A stretch of 64,000 nt of DNA from Tubiluchus corallicola. Taxonomy: Eukaryota > Animalia > Priapulida. The position numbers and the translations under genes are program-made. Numbering within the stretch: position 1 is the first letter of the stretch; every line of letters starts with the position of its first letter. The stretch is taken from positions 2,666,001 through 2,730,000 of the forward strand of contig JAQGDQ010000003.1 in assembly GCA_030141605.1 (NCBI GenBank). The letters run 5' to 3'. Shown here one piece after another: positions 11,601 to 24,218 of this stretch. The notes beneath the pieces are model-generated. The model was given only the letters and a program-made list of their open reading frames with translations. It ran no database searches and was not told where the DNA came from.

Positions 11601-12378
11601 GAACTATTCTTTGGTTAGAATAATTTTTTGCTCATTCATTTATTCCTGCATTCCTTTCTCTGTTCCTTTGTTTGTTCTCTTGTAAGCTTATACGGGCTTT
11701 TAATCATCACCTTTTATTACTTTATTCACTTTTTCTTTCATTCCTTTATTTGTTGTTTCATTATTGAATATTCTCGTATGCATTCACATTTCACTTTTGT
11801 TGCTTGTCTGGAAGTGCACTTGATTTCATCTTCACTTACTCATTACAGCTACTCAGCTTGTCAACTGTAGAGCTGTTTAGTTAGTCCAGGTTACAGAATT
11901 TGCAATTTTTGAGTTTTGTGAAAGTTTCAAATGTTTTTAAAAGCTTTCCAAAATACTTTTCCCGTAGTTGCAAAAACCACTGATCTAGGAAAATCACATT
12001 CATGTTTTTATTTAGCAAGGTCGTGTGTTTTGTTGTATAATCAAGCAATAAATTCATTAATTAATAACCACTTAATAATTAATAATTAATTGAAATTCAA
12101 AATACAATCCATGGTATATTCATTTTCATAACATATTTCTTCTGTCGGTGCGACTAGATTCAGATTAATGTCAACATAGATTACTTTTAATGTTGCATTG
12201 GTTGTGCCATCCTGTCAGAAGTGGAAGGATTTGCAAGAAAGTTCAAACTGAATAGAACATAATAATATTATATTGAATGAGAGTATGAAGTTTCATAACC
12301 TTAAGCTTATTCTTTGTTAACTGAGTTTTTTCACTAAATCCAATGCAGTGTGTTGCAACACTAAGAATTAGTTGGTTT

Positions 12379-12382
<4 letters not shown>

Positions 12383-12456
<74 letters not shown>
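12383..12456. repeat. (CT)n microsatellite
   Basis: Directly visible; followed by a 56-bp sequence shared with 11488-11543. Confidence 0.98.
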
Positions 12457-12460
<4 letters not shown>

Positions 12461-12889
12461 TTCTCCCTCGCTGTTTACCTCATTTTCACTATTTTAGTGT
12501 TTTTTTAACTTTAGATATTTTTGCTTAATTGTTATTATGCAGTAATGTATATTTGTCCGCGTGTTTGACCCTTGGATAGCAAGATGCTACAAATCAATCA
12601 GTTTAATCAAGATGTAGTAACTTGTTCTAGTGTCAATACATTTTTGAGCTTGATATAAAACCGATCCTAAGTTAATAAATTTATTACAGTATTATTCTGT
12701 CTGCATACAGCGGCAAATCTACCCTGCGTGACCTTATTTTTAAATTTTCTGCATTATTTTATGGAACTCATTATTTTAAAATTTTGGGGGATGTATGCCC
12801 ATAAAATAAAAGCTTAATATTCAGTGAATGTAACAAACCGCAGTGTACATGGGTCATTGACGTTGAGATTAACCCTCATGGCAAAACAC

Positions 12890-13207
12890 CACTCTACGCT
12901 TCACCGCCTCTCCGCTTACAACCGCCCCTTGTTCTGCTTCAGCCTCATTCAGAAAGAGATACACTGTGTCAGCTCATTCATCTGCGATAAATATTAGTGG
13001 TTCAAAAACTATAGTCGCAATTATTTTGACGTGTGACAAGACCATAAATGTAGCAAGCGCACGTCAGTTTTTAAATGTGCACAAAAGCATTAGCGAAGTT
13101 TGTGAACTATCAGTAATGGGAATAAAGAACATTTTTTCTGGAGTATCTCGGCTGCACGTAATTTATAATAATCTTATTTAATCGATTCGTCGGATTCTGT
13201 AACCACA
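12890..13207 (+). promoter_or_regulatory. Possible distal promoter and non-coding first exon of the PEAK-like gene
   Basis: Local C/CpG-rich patch with GC-box-like CCGCCCC and Inr-like TCATTC, and a splice donor ACA|GTAAGC at 13208. Circumstantial only. Confidence 0.25.
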
Positions 13208-16200
13208 GTAAGCATGTATACTTTATTTAAAATTTTTATACGTAATAATTATAAGATAACTACATATTGTATATTGCCAATATTGTATGCGTACAAAATC
13301 TGTGTAAATACTATAAGCTAGTGCTAGTAGTATATGAGGTGTTGTCAAAATAAACGTAGATGAGATAAATCTCAGAAGCAAATCTTTGTAAAGAGGCAGT
13401 AAGCATTTTAAACTAACATAACGTCATAATTTAATCATGATTTCATTAAAAGCTCTTTTTAAGAACTTTTACTTTTCATTTATGAATATATAATACATAT
13501 GTTGTATATTTTACGTATAAGTAATAAAACATAAAAAACTATTATTTTGCAGACTGTTTGTTGACGCATTTATTCAGGGAGAGCCTTAATAGATTAATAT
13601 AACTTGCATAATTTCAAGAAACGCACCAATTTTACCATGGCAAATGGAAGACCAAAATAACTGATTGACTAAAAGAACAAAAGATTGTAATGGTTTTGGT
13701 ACTTTCAAACTAGTCATTTCGTCAATACGTTTAGTTATAAACCATTACGTAGCTTATATTGGTGATGCTGGCATGGCAAAAATAATAAGTTTTCAATGTA
13801 TTCTGTGACACTGAAACTAAAGGTTTTAAAACAGAAGATTAGGGGCACTTAGAATAATGGTAAGGATTATTTCTCCGTTGTTGTATCCGTTTGTGAACAT
13901 CTCGCGAAGTTCGTAGGCCTACTCTGTGTAAATAATTCCACGTTTACAGTTCAGTAGTTTTTTGAACACCTCAGTATCTTGAGCATGCAATCTGTCACAA
14001 AATCACGAATTTCGGCTCTACTTCCTGGTGGGAGGGACTGTTTTAAAACATAAACAATACGAAGTTGGGTACATAACTTTTGGCTTACTTGCAATTTTTA
14101 CTGAAGGCATTTTGATTACAAGTTTGAAATTAAAGTAACGTTGTTAATAAAGCTTAATAAATAGAAATGTCTGCATTTATTGTCATAGGCGTACAATAAT
14201 CTTATAATGGAATTGTCGATAAAAGATGATATAGGCCCATAATAATATTTACGTATCAACGTAATAATATAACATTTGAAAGAAGTAGATAAAGGGAGAA
14301 CAGTATACGTATTATAAAGAGAAGAGGGTGGATATGAGAAAGAGAGGAGTATACAGGAGAAAGAGCATGATAACGAAAACAGAAATTTATATGCGGTTGG
14401 TTGTATTGTAATTTCTGGTAGATACCTAGCTTGCCTCGCTAGTTTTAATTTTGCACTGACTCAGTGCATAAGTCGTTTAGTTTTGCGCTGGATTTATAAC
14501 TTAACGGATAATGGATCTAATCGGCAGTGGTCTACCTTATATGTTAGCTACACAGGCAGATGTTTTAGTAACATTTGGGGAGTTACGTTAGCACTGGTAT
14601 ACAGTGGTACTATTTGCCTAAGCAAATAATAGGCATTAGATAACTATTACTTGATGCTGATGGTGCCTACCAGAAAATTGTAAAGAAGCTTTTGTTTCTT
14701 GATATTTTGCTACAAAATTTCCTTTAAATAATCTTAAACGATAATTATAAAAATGTTTATTTTGTCATAGTTGTCCCTTACCAGTGATAGTTATCATAAT
14801 ATTATTAAATTTTACTTGCTCGTTGAATATTGGGGCATAAAGGATTTGAGCTAACGTTTCCCCAAATTTCAGCGCACGTTCGCCAGAGTGCAGCACATAA
14901 CAGCAGAAACTCATTCATCGATCCATTTCAATGAGAGCACAGCGCCCTATCAAGAAGGGAAGAAAACTAGAGAAGAAAACCGCATGTTGTAGAGCACTGT
15001 AGTGAGTGGTACGTATTCAGGTAGTCGCTGTTCAGAGGAAGGCTTTTGGTTCAAAGCTTGCTTTTAGTATAGCTTTCAAAGTTAATTTTATCTATTATTC
15101 CCTTGGATTCATCCGATAAACGAGTCTGTGCTTTTCTTTTGCAAAAGTTGTACGCCTTCGCAGCTACAATTTCGCATTAATCAAAGTCTCGTGGAATCGA
15201 AATATTGTACATCGCATTTGAGTTTGTTTGTTTGTGGTGAGTAACTTAAAAGTAAGCTATTCGAATAGAAATAAACTGTGCTTGAGTCTGTAGCTTCTAG
15301 TCTGTAGCTGCTGATAAGGCAGGCCTAATTCATTCATGATTCCACTTGTTTTTTTTCAACTTTATGCCAAGGGTTTACCGACTGACACCGTGTGTGTAGG
15401 CCCGGAGTGACCACTACTAACCTCAAATTCCAATTGAGTTTTTTAATTTCTTGTGTTGTAAAAAAAAGAAATACCTCATTTGATGCTCTGTTACCAACAA
15501 ATATTGCATGTACAGTATTTTTATAAAAACGCATCAACTTTCTCTATATGAAACATGATTTTGGTCTAACTCTAATAGATATGGTTATTGACGTGGCGTC
15601 GCCATTTCCACGGCGTTATTGCCATTTTACTTTAAAAGTAGGGCAACAGAGTGAAATTGTCTCCCCTTATTACATGAAATGTTGTCATCCAATATCATTC
15701 TGTCTTGTCTGTCAAGCCCATTGCGTAAGTCAGCCACTGATGCCCTCCTTCCCAATCCCCTCTTCCACGGTTCCCGATTTTGCACTTTGTATGAATGTTA
15801 TAATTATGACCCTGTATTATAATTATGAGTATGCAGTGCATTATTTGCATGAAGTATAATTAGTGTATATGTCTAGTAATGCTGATACAAGACAGACATG
15901 ATTCTTGATTCTTAATCTTATAAATGTTTTAGTTGTAAAAATATTTCGTATGTACCCGTAAGTGAAATAATATATTTCTGACTCGGGTGGTTCGGATCTG
16001 GTGAAACAGTTATCTGCAGCATGCACAGACAGTTTACTCAATTAAGGACTTAAAAAGCCCACACGACTATTAAATTTATTACTGACTTAAAGTCTCCAGT
16101 TTGACATTCTACAGTATGAATCAAACGACACGCGCATTATTCATGGTACAGCATTTGTGACAAGTTTGTAAGATCGATGTCTGTAACAGCAGGGTTCCCC

Positions 16201-18278
16201 ATTACCAGGAGATCATGCTTTAGCTTTTACTGTGTATGCAAGTGTCTATTAATCATTACTTGCAGTTTGTGCTATTGAGCTCTATTTCTTCAATCTAAGG
16301 GACTGATTGTTTAGCTTCCCAAGTGAGGTGTTGTCAGTAGTTGTCAAGTAGTTTTCTTGTACTGAGTACCAGGCATCAAATTGTCAGACTTGAGCGAGAG
16401 GTCACTCAACTTTTTCGTTGCACACGTTCTTAATGTTTCACAACTCGTGCCATGTAAAATAGTGACTGGACATGTGTTGCTAGATTAGCTAGAGTATCAA
16501 AACTTTTATGAAAAATTTTCTGCTGTACTTTGTAGCAGATAAAAATTTTGTGCAGCTAGCAGCCAATTTACTGTCAAGTTTCCTCACGGTTTTTAATTAC
16601 TCCTATTCTGAGTCCGTCGTAACATCTGAAAATTCACTTTGAGCCTAGTTTATGTGTAAGAACTCGCAATTATATGCTGTATAACGTATTATTTCCATGG
16701 CACTGTAGATTTATTGTATGTGACATTGATTTAACGAAGATAAGTAGTGTCCAGAACCTTGAAACTGCTCGTTAACGGTCTTTGCGTGGCTTGGTTTCGG
16801 TTTTTGCTTCGGATTTTTTTGTTGGTTTTACTCATTTACTGGTAGATAAATGGGCTTACATGTATTCAAGCCTGCTGGTAATTATATTGTTTCTACAAGC
16901 TTAGGGGAAAGTTGTAAAATCATTAAAGGGAATGCAAGCATGTAAAAACTAGGTTAGCAGAGCATTTAGTTTAGTGGTACAATATATTTATTTCATTGAT
17001 GGTTTCTGTTGCTTTCATTGAGATTCCAACAGAAAAACTTTTTGACACATGGATTTTACACGTATGCATTTCACAAGTTTACATACTTCTGCTGTATTGG
17101 TTTATTAGCATTTTTAGAAAATTTAAAATAATATTATCACATGTATTTTAAATCATTTTTAATAAATGTGAAATAAAATGAGGTACGTGATAATGATACT
17201 ATTATGTTAGACCTGTTGCGGGTCTGCATATACACATCTAAATAAAATGCCTATGACCGTAACGGTCCACAAAATTTCTGAGTACACCGCTGACTGCAAA
17301 TCCTGATAATTTTCAGTAATTCGTGATGCTGTGCTTTCTGGCGACTTTCTGGCGATTCTGGCTATTTTGATTTACCATGAACGTGTGTCCTTGATGCTAT
17401 TCAAGTTAATTGGACTGCTTTCGTCTGAATTACTCAGTTCAAATTGCAGGACTTCAAATAAAAAAGGAGGTAATGGAATTTTGTCAATGATGTGATCGAG
17501 CTGCCCCACTGTGCCACTGCCCCAAAGTGCTAACATCTAACGTCATTGAAACTTTACACGTGTATGCTAGTGTGTGTGTTTTTGTATTTGTTTTTCTATA
17601 AAATAATGTTTCATGGTTGTGGTTTCTTTTCCTGCATCAGTGTTGTATGATTTTTTGCTGAAATAAAGAATTGAAATATCCTCTCACTATAATGATAATA
17701 GCAGGGAAAGAAAATATCAAGTTCACTGTTGCCAACAATGTTACTTTGTTCCCTTGCCTTGTGCTTAGTGTAATCCTGCCGATGTTCTTACTGTTGACTT
17801 ACAAGGGAAGATTTGAAAATTAACGCACGTTGAATCTCTTCTTTGTACGTATACGTGTATATAATACAAATTGTAATACACTGTAGTATCTTATAGCTGG
17901 TCGTTGACTCTTTCTATTCTGTATTCGAACTTTGTGTTTAAGTGTCATAGTACTTTACCATCTAGTGAATGATTTTCTGTACATTTTAATTCGCAGCACT
18001 TAGCAGCCAGCTGTCTTTTTCAAATGCTGTTTGTTATTCTGAGTCCATTAATATTTTCTGACGACAAATCTTTGGTTCGCTTTTTTCGTGGATAGTATCC
18101 TTTTTGGTATTCAGAACTCAGCATCAGGTTGATAATCTGTAACATCCACACAACACAGCAGTTCACATTATTAAAGGCACCCGTACATATGATCACATAA
18201 CTGCTGTTTTCATGCATTTGCACTGGTTGTACCCCGTTATAATAATATTTGTTCATTTTCATGCTAATGCACTTTAAC

Positions 18279-18327
<49 letters not shown>
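18279..18327. repeat. (ATT)n microsatellite
   Basis: Directly visible. Confidence 0.97.
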
Positions 18328-21300
18328 GCAGTGAATAACCAATATTACAAGAGCTCTATCAATCTGTCAGGCTATATGAGATGATCCAATTCCGTAACAT
18401 CTCATTTAGACGTTTAAAATCGCCAGTTTTCTTCCTGGTTGCACTGTTTATGACGGGCGTGGTATGTAATGTGTAACATTTGCAACCCGCCTCGGTGATT
18501 GTTGAAGCTCGTATTCCGTGTCCATTACTCCATTTATTGTGTCTATTACTGTCTTCTGGGGTATTATGCTCATGTAGCAAGTTCTTCTGGGGTATTACGT
18601 AGAAAATTAGCAACCGAGGTGATGTTGACTTCTTACAGTTCAATGTCTATTCAAACACGAATTGTATCGTGATATTCATGAATTGTATCCATTATATTCA
18701 TGGACGTTAGTAGTATTCAGTGAAGACTAAAATGTAATTCACTACGTTTTTCCTGTACTTCTGCTGCTGCATTAGCATTTTTTGCGTACATACCAACTGA
18801 TTATAATACCAAGTTGTTACCTGCTATCAAATAAAATGTTTGTTTGAGAGAGAGTCTGCGCGGAGAGGAACTGAGACTAACCACGCTGGAATCTGCAATA
18901 CATCAATCCATCGTTCACGAAGGCGGTGACTAGTCAATTTCACTAGCAGATCGTATTTATGTTCTTGTAGTATTCATAAGAACGCAGCCCCGAAAGAAGT
19001 TGCTCTTTCACTTTGAGTAAGCTGAGCATCGTTTTATTTCCTGTTCTTCTTTCCTGTACAGACGCTGCATTCTTTGTTCTCAGTTTGTCTAAGCAGCATG
19101 GTATTTTAACCGCATTCATTGTCGTCCGCATTTGAGTGTGGAAATTTAAATCTACCCTTGAATATTTGAAGAGGACCAGACCATTTCATTGCTGTAACAA
19201 TATTTTACTGATGAAATTCGAACAAGTCCTTGAACAGATAGACCTCTGACCACACTGGTGTAAACTGTAAGCGTATTTGAATGTGGAAATTTAAAGAAAT
19301 GCTTGAACAAAAAAATCCTTCCATAAATCACTGAACCCAGATTATTTCATTGCAGTAATCTATTACATGTACACCTTATTATCTTAGCAGTTCGATTATC
19401 GGCATATATAAGCAAATCATGTGCGAGTAAGTGGTGACGAATGTAGTCAGAGACCTGGGTTAGAAGCGTCAACTTCTTCTAGTACACATTTCTATTTATC
19501 AGTTACCACTGCTAGAAGTCCTACGGATATGGTTTCCGCTGGTCCTTCACAACATTGTTTACTAGCCGTTTATCTAAATATTTATTCGTTCTTCTCGTCA
19601 AGTACTGTGGTCAGACGTGTTTCAAACACAAGCTGAACGAATGCCGGAAATTTTTACGAGGTCATTAGACGTACAGTGGCTCGTCTAGCTAAGATTACGA
19701 ATGTAATGGCTTTCAGCTTTTGTGCGGGTGTTCTTGGTGAAATCTCGTGACAGTTTGTTTTTTATTTTGCTTAGCGGTGGTTTTTCGTTTCGCGTCAACT
19801 TTTTCCAGTCACGGGAAAAATAAGTTCTCTCAGAAACCTTAGTGGTTTTCTAATCCTTCGAGAACATGATTTATTTTTTCGGGTTTCACTTGTAACAGGC
19901 CGTTAACTGAAAGAAATAATAAATAAAATGAAGAGGGTGAACTTGACAGAGCTGAAAAGATGAAAACCGAATAGCATGGAATTGTCAGACGTTATATTCA
20001 TGGAATCAGTAAAAACTAAGAAATTTATGTAGAAAGTTTCTTAGTAGTTTTTTTAAATTTCTTAAGGTTCATTTTAAGAAATTAAATTTCAAACAATGTA
20101 AGTGATATTTTTTCATACTACTGGACAGCAGAACGCTTTCTGATAGTTTACGTCAAGTCTGAATACAGTGGCAAATGTTTCTAGCTGTAAGGACCTCACC
20201 TAATCTTGTCGTGATTTCTGTAACGCCCATAATTCCACGCTGTAGTCCCATGGCGTCCGCAGATATATGAAGCTGCTTCGAGCTAAAGTGCTAAAAGAAA
20301 AAACAAACTGTTAAATAAGCGTTATAATAAACTAAATAAATATTTAAATGAAGCCAGCCGTAAGGAATAAGCACCCTTTCGTGCTGAATGGGGCTAGAAG
20401 GCAGGATTGTTGTTAAGCTCCAAAAAGTAACTCACATTGAAAGTTGAATCAGTGCACACGGCACCAGTTGGATTTGCTGTCAGACACGTTGACTCGTTAA
20501 TTTAAAGGCTTAACATATTTGCAAAGATATAAACAGGATCCAAATCCGGGCTTTTTACATTGTGTATAGTTTAGTGTTTGGGATTGCTGCAAGAGTGGTA
20601 CCCTAAAATGCTACGTCTTAAACTTAGATGATACAATTTTTGTCTGAAGCATTAGCACACTGACGCATTTCGCTTTGCGGATTGTGGTTAAATTTAAAGA
20701 ATCCCTGCACGGGCTTTTACATGCACATAGTTGACTTGCTATAGGCGGTACTCTAATCTCGTAATTGTTAGTTTTGTGTGATTACATAAACACGTTTAGT
20801 TTTCAAGCTAAATTCATCCTCTTCGAAACTGTTGAAACTCAAACGCTTGCGGTTTCTTTACGCAAGTGTGCTGTAGAATATGGAAATGTGTGGCTGTAAT
20901 AATAATGAAGGCATCAAGCATGCGCTTGGTCACAGCTGTTGCCTTGTAATTTGAACATTTGAATATTTTATTAGATTTTAGTGCAATAGCATCATTTTTC
21001 CTGGCAGATGCTGCCTGATTTAACTCTGCTGCCTTGAAAAAAACGATGAAAGAAAAGTCTGGAATTTTTATGGTACGCTGTACCAGGCTAACCCGTATAT
21101 AACGCAGTCACTTAACGTGTATATTTTATTGGAGTTTTTAACTATTTCTGTGTGCCTTCATTTTTCACATTCATCAATACATAGGTCCTTATGACGCAAT
21201 ATATACTGTATCGAGCGTTTGTAACAGTCTGTACATGTTGAATAACACCGAAACTAATGACATATTCTGTATAATATATGTATTGTACATCCATTCCTAA

Positions 21301-21854
21301 GAGGCGACACTTGAACCTCTGCACCTGCTAGATTGTAGGACGTGCCACAAATGTCAATGCTTCGCGTGAGGAATTTTAAACAGGCTTTTTGCTCATAGAC
21401 CTGGTGTCATGTTTGCCCAAAACTGATATATCGTCTTTGTCTAAAACAATTATTTGTCAGCACTTCTGTGAGAATTTAGAGTTGGAAAATATCACTCTTA
21501 AAAATATTGTGTGATGCAATATCTAAATGTTTGCAATTATTGCCTACTGTATACTTTCTTTTTGGTGAATGGTAGAGCTTTGTTCTCATGCCTTACAGAT
21601 ACCCAGAAGCACATATAATTGCTGTACTCGTTGCTATACAGTACTAATACTAGTTCGGGGTGAGAACAAATTAAAAGTCAATCAATCAAAAAAATTAGGG
21701 TCGGTACCTTTAAACTGTTAGTTGCAGAATGCTAAGTCGGCTGCTAAGTCCATTCGCTTTGCACACCATGGTGCCATCTAGTATTCGATTTTTTCTTTGA
21801 AGTTGATTTAACAGCGGCGATTCCGCCAGGTGGAAATGCTTCTTGCATTGTAAC

Positions 21855-22048
21855 AATGGGAGAGACGAGAATGTGAAAACCGAGTGTGGGAGGATCCTAG
21901 CACGAGAAACCTCTAATCTCTGAGCAGACGCTCATAAATGGGAGAGACGAGAATGTGAAAACCGAGTGTGGGAGGATCCTAGCACGAGAAAGCTCTAATC
22001 TCTGAGCAGACGCTCATAAACCATTCTGCCAGGCCCAGTTCTGACCCA
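21855..22048 (-). repeat. tRNA-derived SINE-like fragment with an internal 82-bp tandem duplication
   Basis: 82-bp unit at 21855 and 21937 with one mismatch. The adjacent minus strand has an A-box match TGGCAGAATGG and a degenerate B-box. Confidence 0.6.
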
Positions 22049-24218
22049 AGCTGTTCAACATGTGCAGTTTGTGCACTGTATGTCAGAATGTCATAAGTCT
22101 TGCAAAAATGTGGCCGTTAGCTATTACATGACTGTTGGCTGCATGTGAACAGATTTTCTATGTCCGCACCATCGCTAGTTTCAGTCGATGATTCCTTCCG
22201 CCAGTAGCCGATTCTTTCAACATTACGAGCATTCTTCATTCAGCAATTTAACCTTTACTCAATCAACCTCCAGTCACTAATTTTTAGCAGCCACCATAAA
22301 CGTGAAATTGCATGTACAGTACAGCACTTGAATTATTAGGATCATAATACTATTTAAATGAGGAAAAGTGTGAATAGCTTGGCAATTTAAGCCGACAGTG
22401 AACTTCGTGTAGCCCAAGTTGATTTTTTCATCGTTATGTGGTGTTCTAAAACGAAATTTGGGAGGTGGGGCGTGATATTCTCGGTATGTACAATACTTAC
22501 AGACTTGTGTCACTAATCGCTATACTGACTATAAACACGTGATGTGTTGTATGAAGAAACGTTATATGGCAATTATTCCGATGTACAGCAAGTCTGCGTA
22601 GTATTTGTTGTGATTATGTTTCTGACTATAAATAAAGTGTTGAGTTTCGCGTAATGGTCAATTATTTTGGTATTACGTGCTACATATAAGATAAGTCAGC
22701 GACTGTGATTTTCCCTGACACTTTCAACCTTTCTCAGTTTTAATAGTTTTCCTTGTCTTCTGTTATTGACTTGTCTTTTGATTCGCTTTTTTAATTAAAT
22801 CTCATCGGAAGTATTTGAGGTTAGCTGACCTTTCCTCTCCCTTAAAAGCTGTCGCTTTCTCCATTTCTTCCTTTATTCTTGTCCAGTTCGCTCCGTGTCG
22901 TGCTTAAAATAAAATATTCTGCTTGGTTTTGCTTGATCCTCGGTCTATTGCACGTTTTATTATTTTAACTGTAATCCTTACGTTTTTTACACGCGTCGCA
23001 GTGCTGTATCTTGATTTCTGTTTGTTTTATTTTCAGAACGAGCGCATGCGTGCATGATGTAGTGATCGTATTTACCTGTTTTTACCAGTATGTATGAACA
23101 GAGGAGTTCAAAACAACCAATCTCTTCATTTATGGTGCATGCTTGTACAACATTTGAAGAAAACAGTTGGCGAAAACATTTGTGCACGCATTGTTTTAGG
23201 TACGCATGCTTTAAATGATACCTTTTCGATTTCTCTATGCCAGTTTTGTGTTTACACGCATAAAATTTGTTGTGCCAAATTAATAAAAAGTACATTATGA
23301 CCTTGCAATGTTTGTTTTTTGTTAACATAATTTTTGTGTGGTGTGCTTGTCACAACCACATAATTCTAGAACACCAGTATAAAAAATATATTTCGAATTT
23401 AAGTTTAGTAGTCACTAATTCTATTTTTTTATTTTTATCATTTTTATTAATTAATAACTCTCATTTACTTATTAGATTTTGTAAAGCAAAATTGATACAT
23501 GTAAATATACATGTTCCAAATCTACAGAAATACTTAATGTCATATTGATCATAATTATTATAATGTTGTGTATAATGTGTATGACATCGTACTATTGTAA
23601 AATTAAGTAGGTGTACCATATCTGCAGGGCAAACACATTAAAAACGGATTCAAATCTTAAAGATTATTATACCGAATAATTTTAAAACTACAGTTTTTCC
23701 TGTTCGTGAATTTTCTAGTTATTGACTACTGGCAATTAATTTCACCCTTTTCTGGAATGGAAAATTCTGTTTTTCTAATTAACAGGTATGTCGCTTAGGA
23801 AGAATTTAGGAAGAACTTTCTTTTATACTGGCACTGCTTTGTACTTTTAAATTATATCGACATTCTTTCAAATTGAAAAATCTCAACCTGTATGAGTAAA
23901 GTTAGTTTATAGACGAGTTTTATTGATCGCTGGTCTGCAAGTTTGTTAAATTGGGTGATAAAACTGGTGTAAAAATAAATAATGTCGCTGAGATCCCTTT
24001 CGTTAGTTTTGTAATCCAAATTGCTGCCGTGTTAATTAAGCCTAGGGAAAATATATTTGGCAGAATTGTACTTACAGACGTGCTAATCACATAGTTTATA
24101 TTAATTAGTAATCTCAGTAGAATTGCTGGACTTATAAAAAAGGGTAATCTCATATAGAACCAGAGACGAACACAACAACAACAACAACGGCATCGACAAC
24201 ATTAACAACAGTGTAGTC

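Noticed and set aside
14931-15001. Coding first exon MRAQRPIKKGRKLEKKTACCRAL
   Set aside because: The donor is phase 2 and I found no compatible downstream exon; the unspliced frame stops immediately.
19815-19880. Pre-miRNA-like hairpin
   Set aside because: Large asymmetric bulges and AT-rich pairing; no recognisable mature miRNA.
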